A stretch of DNA of 31,225 nucleotides. Origin: Candidatus Altarchaeum sp. (GTDB lineage: Archaea; Altiarchaeota; Altiarchaeia; Altiarchaeales; Altiarchaeaceae). The notes below the pieces were generated by a model that had not been told where the DNA came from, made no database searches, and saw only the letters and a program-made list of their open reading frames with translations. The stretch lies in contig JAGWDQ010000068.1 of the NCBI GenBank assembly GCA_018260615.1, positions 1 through 31,225 of the forward strand, written 5' to 3'. A program made the position numbers and the translations under genes. Shown here piece by piece: positions 1 through 8,028 of the stretch (position 1 is its first letter; the number at the start of each line of letters is the position of its first letter).

Positions 1-16
1 TTTTCAGTATCTATCA

Positions 17-79
17 CTTTGTGTCCCTGTGTCTTGGTGTGAGGAACTAATAAAACGAACTTTCCTGTACGATAAAAAA
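17..79. repeat. End of a dispersed composite repeat (CTTTGTGTC-type hairpin arm plus a 31-bp conserved segment)
   Basis: 49-79 AATAAAACGAACTTTCCTGTACGATAAAAAA is identical to 16817-16847; 17-43 resembles 16736-16762 and 15455-15472. Confidence 0.8.
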
Positions 80-487
80 CAGACATCGCTGTCTATATCA
101 TTTATTGTCTTTTCGCCGTCAAAGTCGTGAAAATTTTCAAATTGAGCAAATTTAACGAGTGATTTATTAACTTGACTTTGTCATATTTCAAAACATCATC
201 TAAAAATTTAAAATTTTTAAAGCCGAAAATTGCCGAAATACGAATTTAAAATTTTTATTTTTAAGCAATAAAAAAATCACACAGATTTTTTTAGATTGAA
301 AACTCAAAGTTTTCAGTATAAAGCATTTAAAAATTTAATCTGACAAAGTCAAGTTAACAACATCTGCTTTCTTTCCTGCATAAGTTCTTGAATACGGTTT
401 TACCAAATCAACTTTTTTATGATTTGCCAAAATCCGCATTAGTTCAATTCCGGTATATCCGCTTGCTCCGATGATAGAAATTTCCAT
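70..487 (-). pseudogene. argC: Disrupted argC paralogue (N-acetyl-gamma-glutamyl-phosphate reductase, 5' part)
   Basis: Manual translation from ATG 487 gives [44 protein letters not shown]. After removing 171-357 it continues in frame NKSLVKFAQFENFHDFDGEKTINDIDSDVCFLS, matching the GASGYxGxE and DVVFLA motifs of the intact ArgC at 6019-7056. Confidence 0.85.
167..357. mobile_element. MITE-like non-autonomous element inserted in the argC pseudogene
   Basis: Perfect 17-bp inverted repeats TTAACTTGACTTTGTCA (167-183) and TGACAAAGTCAAGTTAA (341-357), including a TTAA (or TA) target duplication; no ORF inside. Confidence 0.85.
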
Positions 488-562
488 TTTAAAATTTAAA
501 TATTTATGTTTTCATAACAAATTATTATTGAGTAAATAAGAAAAAACAACAAAATCATCTCA

Positions 563-626
563 TTTTTCAAACGATTTCGTTTGAAAAATCCACGAACTAA
601 GTGAGCGGACTTCATTTGGAGATTTA
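563..626. repeat. REP-like hairpin repeat (family A)
   Basis: 11-bp hairpin TTTTTCAAACG/CGTTTGAAAAA followed by an AATCCACGAACTAAGTGAG tail similar to the copies at 5840, 14391 and 16763. Confidence 0.6.
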
Positions 627-649
627 AAAATTAATAAATTAATTTTAAA

Positions 650-856
650 ATGACCGAAGAGTTTTTATATTTTAAGAGGCATTTATCCGAATTAGAAAAA
701 CGTTATGGTGGAGAAGTAATAGCAATATCGGATAAAAAAGTTATTGCACATGGCAAAGATATGAATAAAGTGTATGAAGATGCCCGGACAATTGTTGGAA
801 ATAAGCACATTTTCGTTACGGAAATACCCAAAGAAAAAGAGCTTTTGATACTATGA
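650..856 (+). CDS. Small DUF5678-like protein
   Basis: 68 aa; YGGEVIAISDKKVIAHGKD pattern typical of DUF5678; overlaps the next gene by 4 nt (ATGA). Confidence 0.65.
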   Translation: MTEEFLYFKRHLSELEKRYGGEVIAISDKKVIAHGKDMNKVYEDARTIVGNKHIFVTEIPKEKELLIL

Positions 857-1269
857 AAACATTAAAACGATTTGACTACCAGTTACAGAAATCGGAAATA
901 GAAGGAACAATTATGAGGCCGGTTATTGAAATTGAATTGGAAAGCAATAATGGTTTGTGGATTTCTGCAAATGCAATAGTAGATACCGGGGCGGACTATA
1001 CAACAATAAATGAAAAATATGCATCCGTTATGGGAATTGATCTGAATAACTTAAAGGAAGCAAATGGTAAGGGGATAGGGGGAAAGGTAACTGGACATTT
1101 TGCTGAAAATGTTAAGATTAAAATCAATGATCAGGTTTGGAATATTCCCGTGTTTTTTCTAAATTTTCCGCTTAATTTAGTCGGTCGCAGAGGGATTTTA
1201 GAAACTTATGATTTATTATTTACCAAGAATTATGGCGAGATAGAAATTAGAGATGAAGTTCTGTTTTAG
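853..1269 (+). CDS. Retropepsin-like (clan AA) aspartyl protease
   Basis: AIVDTGADYTTI catalytic motif, GIGG flap and downstream LVGR motif. Confidence 0.85.
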   Translation: MKTLKRFDYQLQKSEIEGTIMRPVIEIELESNNGLWISANAIVDTGADYTTINEKYASVMGIDLNNLKEANGKGIGGKVTGHFAENVKIKINDQVWNIPVFFLNFPLNLVGRRGILETYDLLFTKNYGEIEIRDEVLF

Positions 1270-1278
1270 AAATTTTTA

Positions 1279-2280
1279 TTAAATTAACGGCACGAGTTCA
1301 TCAACTGTAAGAGATAACTTCAACTTTGCCCCCTGCTTTGTATTTCTTCTTTTTAATTCCTTTTCAATCTTCGGAGTGATTCTTGCCCTGTATGAATCCC
1401 ATTCGGGTGCTAACTTTGTTTCTAATCCGCAGTCCTTTGACAGCCGCTGGATTAAAATATTTCTGTCCAAATTTTCCAGAAAGTCAGCAGTTAAATTTAT
1501 ATATTCAATTTCGCTTAAAGGTCTGTAGGTTCCTTTTAAGTATTCCCCCGCCAGTTTCGTGCCTTTCATTACAACAGTCGGATAAATTTTAACCGCATCA
1601 ATTTCAAGTGCAGACAACATACGGGCGGTTTCAATTGTTTCCGCTTTTGTTTCATAAGGTAATCCCAGCATAATGAAAAACAAAACATATATTCCTCTTT
1701 TATGTGCTTCCCTGACTACCCTGATACATTCCGCTATTCCGTGTTTGCGGTTTGTTTTTTCAAGTGTGTGTTCATGCATGCTTTGCTGTCCGATTTCAAG
1801 CCAGATTTCATAGCCCTTTTTTACATACTCTCCGAGTAAATTTAAGACCTCATCGGGAAGACAGTCCGGCCTCGTTCCTATACTTAATCCGCTCACCTCT
1901 TTGTTTTCCAGAATTTCATCGTAAATTTTCTTTAAAATTTCAATCCTCTGGTATGTGTTGGTCCCGAACGCAACATAGACCAGACCTTTATCACTTTCGC
2001 ATGATTTGTAATGTTTTAACTGACTTTCAATTTGTCCCGCGATGCTCAAATCCTTATACGGGCGAAAACTTTCATAGGTAAACTGGCGGGCAAAATCGGG
2101 ACAGAATATGCAACCATCTTTACTCAAACGACCGTCATAATTCGGACAGGTAAAATTTCCATTAAACGGTATCTTAAATACCTTAAATCCGTATTTCAGC
2201 CGCATATACTCTCCAAAAGGTGCATACAACATTCCTTTTTTGTAAATTTCATCGGTGAGGTTATGATTTATCTGATTCAT
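1279..2280 (-). CDS. TIGR01212 (YhcC/YtqA-family) radical SAM protein
   Basis: FTCPNYDGRLSKDGCIFC cysteine motif, SIGTRPDCL, LEIGQQS, HRGIYV...MLGLP. Confidence 0.85.
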   Translation of the reverse strand: MNQINHNLTDEIYKKGMLYAPFGEYMRLKYGFKVFKIPFNGNFTCPNYDGRLSKDGCIFCPDFARQFTYESFRPYKDLSIAGQIESQLKHYKSCESDKGLVYVAFGTNTYQRIEILKKIYDEILENKEVSGLSIGTRPDCLPDEVLNLLGEYVKKGYEIWLEIGQQSMHEHTLEKTNRKHGIAECIRVVREAHKRGIYVLFFIMLGLPYETKAETIETARMLSALEIDAVKIYPTVVMKGTKLAGEYLKGTYRPLSEIEYINLTADFLENLDRNILIQRLSKDCGLETKLAPEWDSYRARITPKIEKELKRRNTKQGAKLKLSLTVDELVPLI

Positions 2281-2410
2281 TTGCTTTAAAAATTATATAA
2301 AATTTAAGTTAAGAATTACAATTAACAAACAATTTTATAAAATGCACAATCTTTCAACGGGTTGTAAGGAAACTAAAATTTTTAAATATCTAATACACTC
2401 TTAGGATATA

Positions 2411-2435
2411 TTCACCTCACTCTGTTCGGAGATTT
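2411..2435. repeat. REP-like repeat (family A tail, reverse orientation)
   Basis: TTCACCTCACTCTGTTCGGAGATTT, near-identical to 17068-17092. Confidence 0.7.
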
Positions 2436-2824
2436 TTAAATCTTTGCGATTTAAAATAAGATTGAAACATTCATAAAATTATAAGTATACACAAGGAAAT
2501 AAAAATCAAAATTTAAATATATTGAAATTTAATTACTTGCGATTTAATTTTGTATAAAGGCCGGGAGATTTTATGGTGGCAATGTCTGATGACAACCCAT
2601 TTTGAAACTGGCCAATATATTTTTACGCACACAAGGATAAGCTAATGTCTGCTTGATAACAGACCAAGCTTGCAGAGGAAATTCGCAATCCGAGGCGTTC
2701 GGAAATATTATTTTGTGTTTGTATTCCATAGGTGCCAATGCAAAGGCGTTGAGTAGGATCCTATAATTTATAAAGGAAAATCTTGTAGATTTTCAGTATT
2801 TAAAAATTTCGCATTTTTGAAATA

Positions 2825-2866
2825 ACTTCACTTCGTTCAGATATTTCAAAAACTTCGTTTTTGAAA
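2825..2866. repeat. REP-like repeat (family A, reverse orientation)
   Basis: ACTTCACTTCGTTCAGATA followed by the hairpin TTTCAAAAAC-TTC-GTTTTTGAAA. Confidence 0.7.
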
Positions 2867-3122
2867 TTGCATAAATTTCACATTAATTTTATCGGAACTA
2901 TCGTTCCGAGTATTTCCTCATATTGTTCGGAAATTGTGGAAAATTGTCCTTTCTTCACTCTCATTATAATAGCAACATTAATTTTTGGCATTTGCGAGTA
3001 AAACGAAGCAAATAAGAAAATTTCTCAAAGAATTTTCTGCAATCAACACCAAATTGTTTCAGGACAATGTTCATTCAATTTTGCCGCTTGGATTGCCATC
3101 AGCATAATTTTATGAATTTCAC

Positions 3123-3512
3123 TCACCATGTTTCAACAGTCAAATTATCTACATTACTAAAATGCGCGTCCCGTGTCACTAAAATTAATTTATGTTGCTT
3201 TGCAATAGCTGCGATCCAAATATCATTCTCCGGGATTGGCCGTCCCCTTGCAGATAATGCACTCTTAATAATACCATACTCTTTTGCGGTCTCTCCATCA
3301 CAAGCAAGAATGAAATTCGCACATGCGAATTTCTCTATTTTTTCTATATTTTTTCTCGTTCCCCCGGATTTATAGGCACCAAAGTAAATTTCGCCAAGCA
3401 CTATGCAAGGTAAAAATATCTCTTTTGCGGTTTTTAGATGGCTTTGAACGGTGGATTCCCCTGCAAAAAGTGCAATAACAATATTGGTGTCCAAGACAAA
3501 TCTACCACTCAT
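3123..3512 (-). CDS. vapC: VapC-family PIN-domain toxin
   Basis: FVLDTNIVI, LGEIYFG, GRPIPENDIWIAA, LVTRDAHF. Confidence 0.92.
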   Translation of the reverse strand: MSGRFVLDTNIVIALFAGESTVQSHLKTAKEIFLPCIVLGEIYFGAYKSGGTRKNIEKIEKFACANFILACDGETAKEYGIIKSALSARGRPIPENDIWIAAIAKQHKLILVTRDAHFSNVDNLTVETW

Positions 3513-3756
3513 TTGTATCTATTTTTTCACAACTATCTTCAATTACTTTATTTATTAAATGTATATCTTCAGATTTCATAATACCTGCAAACGAAATAAG
3601 ATCTTTACCTTTAACCCCCTTTTCTTTTAGCGGATGAGCAACCAAACTTTGTGCAAAGCGAAGCACTTCCTGTTGAAGTTCATAAGAAAGCTGGCACACC
3701 TGTTTGCTGATCTCCGGCATAATTGCCAAGCCACCCATATTTTTATTTATCTCCAT
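3502..3756 (-). CDS. Cognate antitoxin (DUF2281-like); true start may be ATG 3720
   Basis: Short ORF overlapping the vapC start; LSYELQQEVLRFAQSL pattern. Confidence 0.7.
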   Translation of the reverse strand: MEINKNMGGLAIMPEISKQVCQLSYELQQEVLRFAQSLVAHPLKEKGVKGKDLISFAGIMKSEDIHLINKVIEDSCEKIDTNEW

Positions 3757-3907
3757 TTTCTTTCTCTGTTTGTAAATTTTTATTAAATTAAATTAAATTT
3801 CCAATTAATTATTTGTTATTTCTGATTTCTCAAAATCAGATATTCTGAATTTAATTTCAAACTTTAATAATTAAGTTAATTAAAATTTAAATTTAAACAA
3901 TGCTAAA

Positions 3908-4549
3908 ATGGAATATGGAATTAAAATAAATAAGGAAAATAACATTGTCGCTGTTGAAAGGACAACAAAGGAAAGTAAAATAAATGTAAAAATTTGGGAA
4001 CGAAATGACTCAAAACCAATTTTGAAGGTAAATACAGGAATAAATTTTTTAAACCACATGATTGAAACCCTCGCATTCAGATCGGAATTTAACATAAATG
4101 TTGATGTCCGAACAGAAATAAATTTTTTAAAACATGTTGTTGCCGAGGATACGGGAATTGTGATTGGAACCGCTTTCTTTAAAATTTTTGAGGAAAAAAT
4201 CAATGAGGGAATCAGAGGAAACGGATTTTTCAGTGCTGTCATTGATGAGTCCCAAAGTATGGCTTCAATAAGTGTTGAGGGAAGGCCAAATTTATACTTT
4301 GATAAAATTTCTGACGGATTAAAGGCGAGTGATGTTGAGGACATGTATTCTGCGGATTTGAAAAATTTTCTGGGAGGATTTGCGTTGGGAATGAAAGCAA
4401 CAATCCATATAAACTCTGAATTCGGAGAAGACCCTCATCATGCGTGGGAGAGTGTATTCAGGGCGTTGGGAGAGGCGATTAAGGAAATGTTTGTGAGAGA
4501 TGAGAGAAGAAAAAATTTAATAACCGGAGTAAAGGGAACGATTGAATAA
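3908..4549 (+). CDS. hisB: Imidazoleglycerol-phosphate dehydratase (HisB/IGPD) family, divergent first metal motif
   Basis: ERTTKESKI, TGINFLNHMI, EDTGIVIG and DPHHAWESVFRALG. Confidence 0.8.
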   Translation: MEYGIKINKENNIVAVERTTKESKINVKIWERNDSKPILKVNTGINFLNHMIETLAFRSEFNINVDVRTEINFLKHVVAEDTGIVIGTAFFKIFEEKINEGIRGNGFFSAVIDESQSMASISVEGRPNLYFDKISDGLKASDVEDMYSADLKNFLGGFALGMKATIHINSEFGEDPHHAWESVFRALGEAIKEMFVRDERRKNLITGVKGTIE

Positions 4550-4564
4550 AAATTTAAAATTTAA

Positions 4565-5116
4565 ATGAATTTCAAACAGCACATTACCTTTGGTATTGTT
4601 ATCGGAGTGGGCTTTTCGCTAATATTTTTACTTTATGAGGGCTTGTCATGGTTATTTATTTTCCCGCTACTTTTGGCAATTTTTGGCTCTGTGCTTCCGG
4701 ATATTGACCACCACGCATCAATTCCTTTCAGAACCTTGAAGATGTTGGTCTTTCTTTTCTTCTTTTTTAGTTGTCTTGGCATTATGAGTGGGCATGGTGA
4801 AATTTTAAATACGATAACAGAGAAAATTTTTGAAATTTTTCCTGTTAGTGTTAGCAGCGGGACAATAAAATTTTTCATAGTCATTCTAATCGCGATTACT
4901 GTCGGGATTTTGTCAGTAATATTACTCAAAATTATTAAGCCCGCTCACAGAGGTATAACACACAAAAAAATGTTTGGAATATTCATCGGGTTTTTATTAT
5001 TTCTGTTTTTCTATTTCGTCTTCTCATATCAGAATTTTTCAGTAATAACAACTCTTTCATTCATTATGGGATTCTTTTCCCATCTGGCACTTGATAAAAT
5101 TTTATTTAAAATGTGA
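4565..5116 (+). CDS. Membrane-bound metal-dependent hydrolase (YdjM/DUF457-like)
   Basis: N-terminal H, GSVLPDIDH, HRGITH and SHLALD motifs between transmembrane segments. Confidence 0.8.
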   Translation: MNFKQHITFGIVIGVGFSLIFLLYEGLSWLFIFPLLLAIFGSVLPDIDHHASIPFRTLKMLVFLFFFFSCLGIMSGHGEILNTITEKIFEIFPVSVSSGTIKFFIVILIAITVGILSVILLKIIKPAHRGITHKKMFGIFIGFLLFLFFYFVFSYQNFSVITTLSFIMGFFSHLALDKILFKM

Positions 5117-5189
5117 AATTTATTTGCATTCTTAATATATGATACGACTAATTTCTAACTAAATTTTTTAAAATAAATTCATATTTAAA

Positions 5190-5609
5190 ATGGTAAAGGC
5201 AGATATAGAACATGTAATAAAGGTTGGAAAAGGAGGAAATAAAATAATCGCTGTTGGTTTAATTGTCCTTCTTCTTATAATGGGAGCATTGTCACTGGTA
5301 AATATATCAAAATCACTTTACAGCACAGCAGTAACCGAATGGGGTTTAGGGGCAAAGGAAGCAAAAGATATGCTAAGTGATACCATGACAATTCTTATAA
5401 TAACCGCATTAATCGGTGCTCTAGTATTTTATCTTGAAGGCAGCCCGAAATTTTTAACTGCAATATTGCTTGCCGCTGTTGTTGCGATTTGTAAAGCAGT
5501 CATCGTTATGGATTTTATTGCAGGTGACTGGCTTTTTTATGTGGGCCTGGGAATATTAGCTGTTGCACTTGCATACACAATTAAATTGCTGAAAGGAATG
5601 GGTGAATAA
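5190..5609 (+). CDS. Four-helix membrane protein, PsiE-like
   Basis: Four hydrophobic segments; ILLAAVVAICKAVIVMD resembles the PsiE family. Confidence 0.45.
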   Translation: MVKADIEHVIKVGKGGNKIIAVGLIVLLLIMGALSLVNISKSLYSTAVTEWGLGAKEAKDMLSDTMTILIITALIGALVFYLEGSPKFLTAILLAAVVAICKAVIVMDFIAGDWLFYVGLGILAVALAYTIKLLKGMGE

Positions 5610-5705
5610 GATAATAGCGATGCTAACAAAATTATTGTACAAATAAGAACAAATGCGATAACAAAGGGGACAAAAAAATAAAGTAACTATTCGGCCATCA
5701 AAAAA

Positions 5706-5790
5706 ATACTGAAAACTATATGTTTTCAATCTTTAAAAATCTGCGAGATTTTCAAATACTAAAAATCTATACGATTTTCAATCTTTAAAA
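5706..5790. repeat. Dispersed repeat (family C)
   Basis: ATACTGAAAACT...TTTTCAATCT..AAAAATCTG resembles the reverse complement of about 273-319 inside the argC MITE; TTTTCAATCTTTAAAAA occurs twice. Confidence 0.6.
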
Positions 5791-5839
5791 ACCTCAGGGG
5801 TTTTTAAATCACAGGTAAATTTTTTGAAATTTGTGTTCA

Positions 5840-5947
5840 TTTTTCAAAAACGAAGTTTTTGAAAAATCTCCGAGTGTAAGCGAGGTGATTTTTCAAACGA
5901 TTTTCAAATCGCACAGATTTGAAAATCCCGGAACGAAGTGATGTGAA
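5840..5947. repeat. Tandem pair of family A REP-like units downstream of argC
   Basis: TTTTTCAAAAAC-GAA-GTTTTTGAAAAATCTCCGAGTGTAAGCGAGGTGA, then TTTTCAAATC-GCACA-GATTTGAAAATCCCGGAACGAAGTGATGTGAA. Confidence 0.75.
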
Positions 5948-6018
5948 GTTTAAAAAAGGAAACGCAACGGGAAATTTAAAATTAAGGGAAAAAATTTTGG
6001 GATTTTTCAAACGTTCTT

Positions 6019-7056
6019 TTAACGAAAAATCAATCCGGATTTCTCATCAAATCCAAACATTATGTTCATATTTTGAACTGCCTGTCCGGATCCTCCTTTT
6101 AGTATATTGTCAATTACAGATATAAGTAAAATCCTGTTTGTATGTTCATCATAGTTAACACTAATATCACAAAAATTTGTATAAACAACATTTGCTATAT
6201 AAGGTGTATTCGTAATTCTTACAAAAGGTTCTTTTTCATAAAATTTTTCATAAAAATCATGTAAGTGAATGGCGTCATCATTATTCATATCCTTTGTAAA
6301 AATATGTACATCGGTTCTAATCCCCCGCACCCAGGAACCCAATGTCGGAGTGAATGATAGTTTAATTCCATCAAAGAAAGGTCTTAAAATATATTCCATT
6401 TCGGGTCTATGCTTATGATTAGTAACATTATAAGGTTTCAGATTATCATGCACCTCAGGATGATGTAAAAAAAGGGAAGGTTTTGCTCCGGCACCTGACG
6501 ATCCTGATATAGAATCTACTACAATTTTATCAACTTCTAATTTTTCCTTAAACTTTGCTAATGGGAAAATAGCAAGTATGGCACTGGTTGGATAACATCC
6601 GGGATTTGCAATCAAATTTGCTTTTTTTATCTCTTCGCGAAAAATCTCAGGAAGACCATAAACAGCGTTTTTTGCAAATTCTTTATTTTCCTCTTCATTT
6701 ATATCATCTTTTTCTGTTTTGTAAACTCTTTTATATTCTTCAACATCCTGGAATCTATAATCCGCAGATAAAGATATGACTTTAATATCCTTTTTTAGTA
6801 ATTTTGGAGCAATGTTGAAGGATTCACCGGGGGGCGTAGCCAAAAAGACAACATCTGTATTTATATTATCTAAATTTAAATCTACAAAATTTTCATCAAA
6901 AATTTTATATAAATTTTTATGAACAGATGAAACAGGTTTTCCATAATGTTCTCTGGAAACAGGCAATATCTTGTCAATTTTTGGATGATTGATTAATAAC
7001 CTGATAACTTCGCCCCCTATATAGCCTGAGGCACCAACTACTGTTGCAGATATCAT
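6019..7056 (-). CDS. argC: N-acetyl-gamma-glutamyl-phosphate reductase
   Basis: VGASGYIGGE, DLSADYR-like SLSADYRF, YGLPE, IANPGCYPT catalytic Cys, SGSSGAG, DNILKGGSGQAVQNMN. Confidence 0.95.
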   Translation of the reverse strand: MISATVVGASGYIGGEVIRLLINHPKIDKILPVSREHYGKPVSSVHKNLYKIFDENFVDLNLDNINTDVVFLATPPGESFNIAPKLLKKDIKVISLSADYRFQDVEEYKRVYKTEKDDINEEENKEFAKNAVYGLPEIFREEIKKANLIANPGCYPTSAILAIFPLAKFKEKLEVDKIVVDSISGSSGAGAKPSLFLHHPEVHDNLKPYNVTNHKHRPEMEYILRPFFDGIKLSFTPTLGSWVRGIRTDVHIFTKDMNNDDAIHLHDFYEKFYEKEPFVRITNTPYIANVVYTNFCDISVNYDEHTNRILLISVIDNILKGGSGQAVQNMNIMFGFDEKSGLIFR

Positions 7057-7085
7057 TTACATATTTCTACATATAAAATTTAAAA

Positions 7086-7331
7086 TTAAGGGAAAAATTT
7101 TTGCAGTCGGACTCCGAATTTCTTCATTTCCGTTTTTGTCATTTCCTCTGTGATTTCTTTTCCCGCTCCGCCTCTGACTTTTATATATTTATCTCCGTCC
7201 TTCTTAACTTTGTACACAAAATTTTCTTTGTATATCAAAATATTATCATGTGTTTTTTCAATTTTCATCACTCTTCCTGTTGATTCATGCCTGTTATTAA
7301 AGACCTTTTTTATACTCAATCTTCTAACCAT
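7086..7331 (-). CDS. Hypothetical small basic protein
   Basis: 81-aa ORF co-directional with argC; no motif confidently recognised. Confidence 0.4.
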   Translation of the reverse strand: MVRRLSIKKVFNNRHESTGRVMKIEKTHDNILIYKENFVYKVKKDGDKYIKVRGGAGKEITEEMTKTEMKKFGVRLQKFFP

Positions 7332-7412
7332 TTTATATATGTCTTAAATTTTATTGTATTTTATAAATTTTAATGTGTTTTAATATGGAGATATATAAAT
7401 TTGTATGTAAAG

Positions 7413-7487
7413 TGGGCCTGAAGAGATTTGAACTCTTGACCGCTCGGTTATGAGCCGAGCGCTCTAACCAAACTAAGCTACGGGCCC
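7413..7487 (-). tRNA. tRNA-Ile2 (CAU anticodon, agmatidine type)
   Basis: GGGCCCGTAGCTTAGTTTGGTTAGAGCGCTCGGCTCATAACCGAGCGGTCAAGAGTTCAAATCTCTTCAGGCCCA; GGGCCC acceptor with A73 is typical of archaeal Ile2 rather than Met; no encoded CCA. Confidence 0.85.
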
Positions 7488-7502
7488 ATAAATTTAAATT
7501 TA

Positions 7503-7575
7503 CGCCTCGAACAGGACTTGAACCTGCGACCTGCCGATTAACAGTCGGATGCTCTACCAGCTGAGCTATCGAGGC
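7503..7575 (-). tRNA. tRNA-Asn (GUU)
   Basis: GCCTCGATAGCTCAGCTGGTAGAGCATCCGACTGTTAATCGGCAGGTCGCAGGTTCAAGTCCTGTTCGAGGCG; full cloverleaf with G73. Confidence 0.97.
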
Positions 7576-7685
7576 AAACAAAAAACCAAATCAATAAATA
7601 ATTTAATTTTGAAAAACTAATTTTTTGTGTAAATAATTAACATTTGATAAATAAATTTAATAAATAAAAAATAAAATTTTGGAAG

Positions 7686-7916
7686 ATGATATTAAGTATC
7701 GGAAGGGTCTGTAAAAAGATTAAGGGAAGAGATGCAGGAAAATATTGTGTGGTTGTTGATAAGGCAGGAAAAACAGTTGTAGTTGACGGAAAAGGAATGA
7801 AAAAAAGCAAGAGCAATATTTTTCATTTAGTGCCGATGCCTGTAACGATAGACATAACAAAAAACGATAATACAGAGACGATAGTGAAGAAACTTGCAGA
7901 GGCGGGGATTAATTAA
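7686..7916 (+). CDS. rpl14e: 50S ribosomal protein L14e
   Basis: IGRVCKKIKGRDAGKYCVVVD KOW-type N-terminus. Confidence 0.9.
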   Translation: MILSIGRVCKKIKGRDAGKYCVVVDKAGKTVVVDGKGMKKSKSNIFHLVPMPVTIDITKNDNTETIVKKLAEAGIN

Positions 7917-8028
7917 GGACTTGAGAGTTAAATTTTTGAAAGGTAAATTTTTTGAAATATGGAAATTTTTCTTTGATTTTTTAAATTTTTTTGGTTTTTA
8001 AATTTTAACCAATTCAAAAATATAATCA

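Noticed and set aside
2559-2613. Hammerhead-ribozyme-like CTGATGA...GAAAC core
   Set aside because: Stem II would close with a C-T mismatch, there is no NUH cleavage triplet at the stem III junction (GGA instead), and no convincing stem I
2672-2700. GAGGAAATTCGC resembling the RNase P RNA P4 motif GAGGAAAGUCC
   Set aside because: The motif is imperfect and no complementary 3' P4 strand (ACAGAA...GCTTA) was found at a suitable distance
2942-3068. 8-bp inverted repeat ATTGTCCT/AGGACAAT as MITE ends
   Set aside because: Too short, no target duplication, and expected by chance in AT-rich DNA
5919-6125. 68-aa plus-strand ORF
   Set aside because: Built from a REP tail and the antisense of the argC 3' end
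7086-7331. Similarity of KTHDNILIYKENFVYKVKK to the ETHIS..FAYKVKK start of COG2187 kinase-like proteins
   Set aside because: Only a short, weak match and the ORF is far too short; left as hypothetical
7351-7581. 76-aa ORF from the track
   Set aside because: It is a translation across the two tRNA genes
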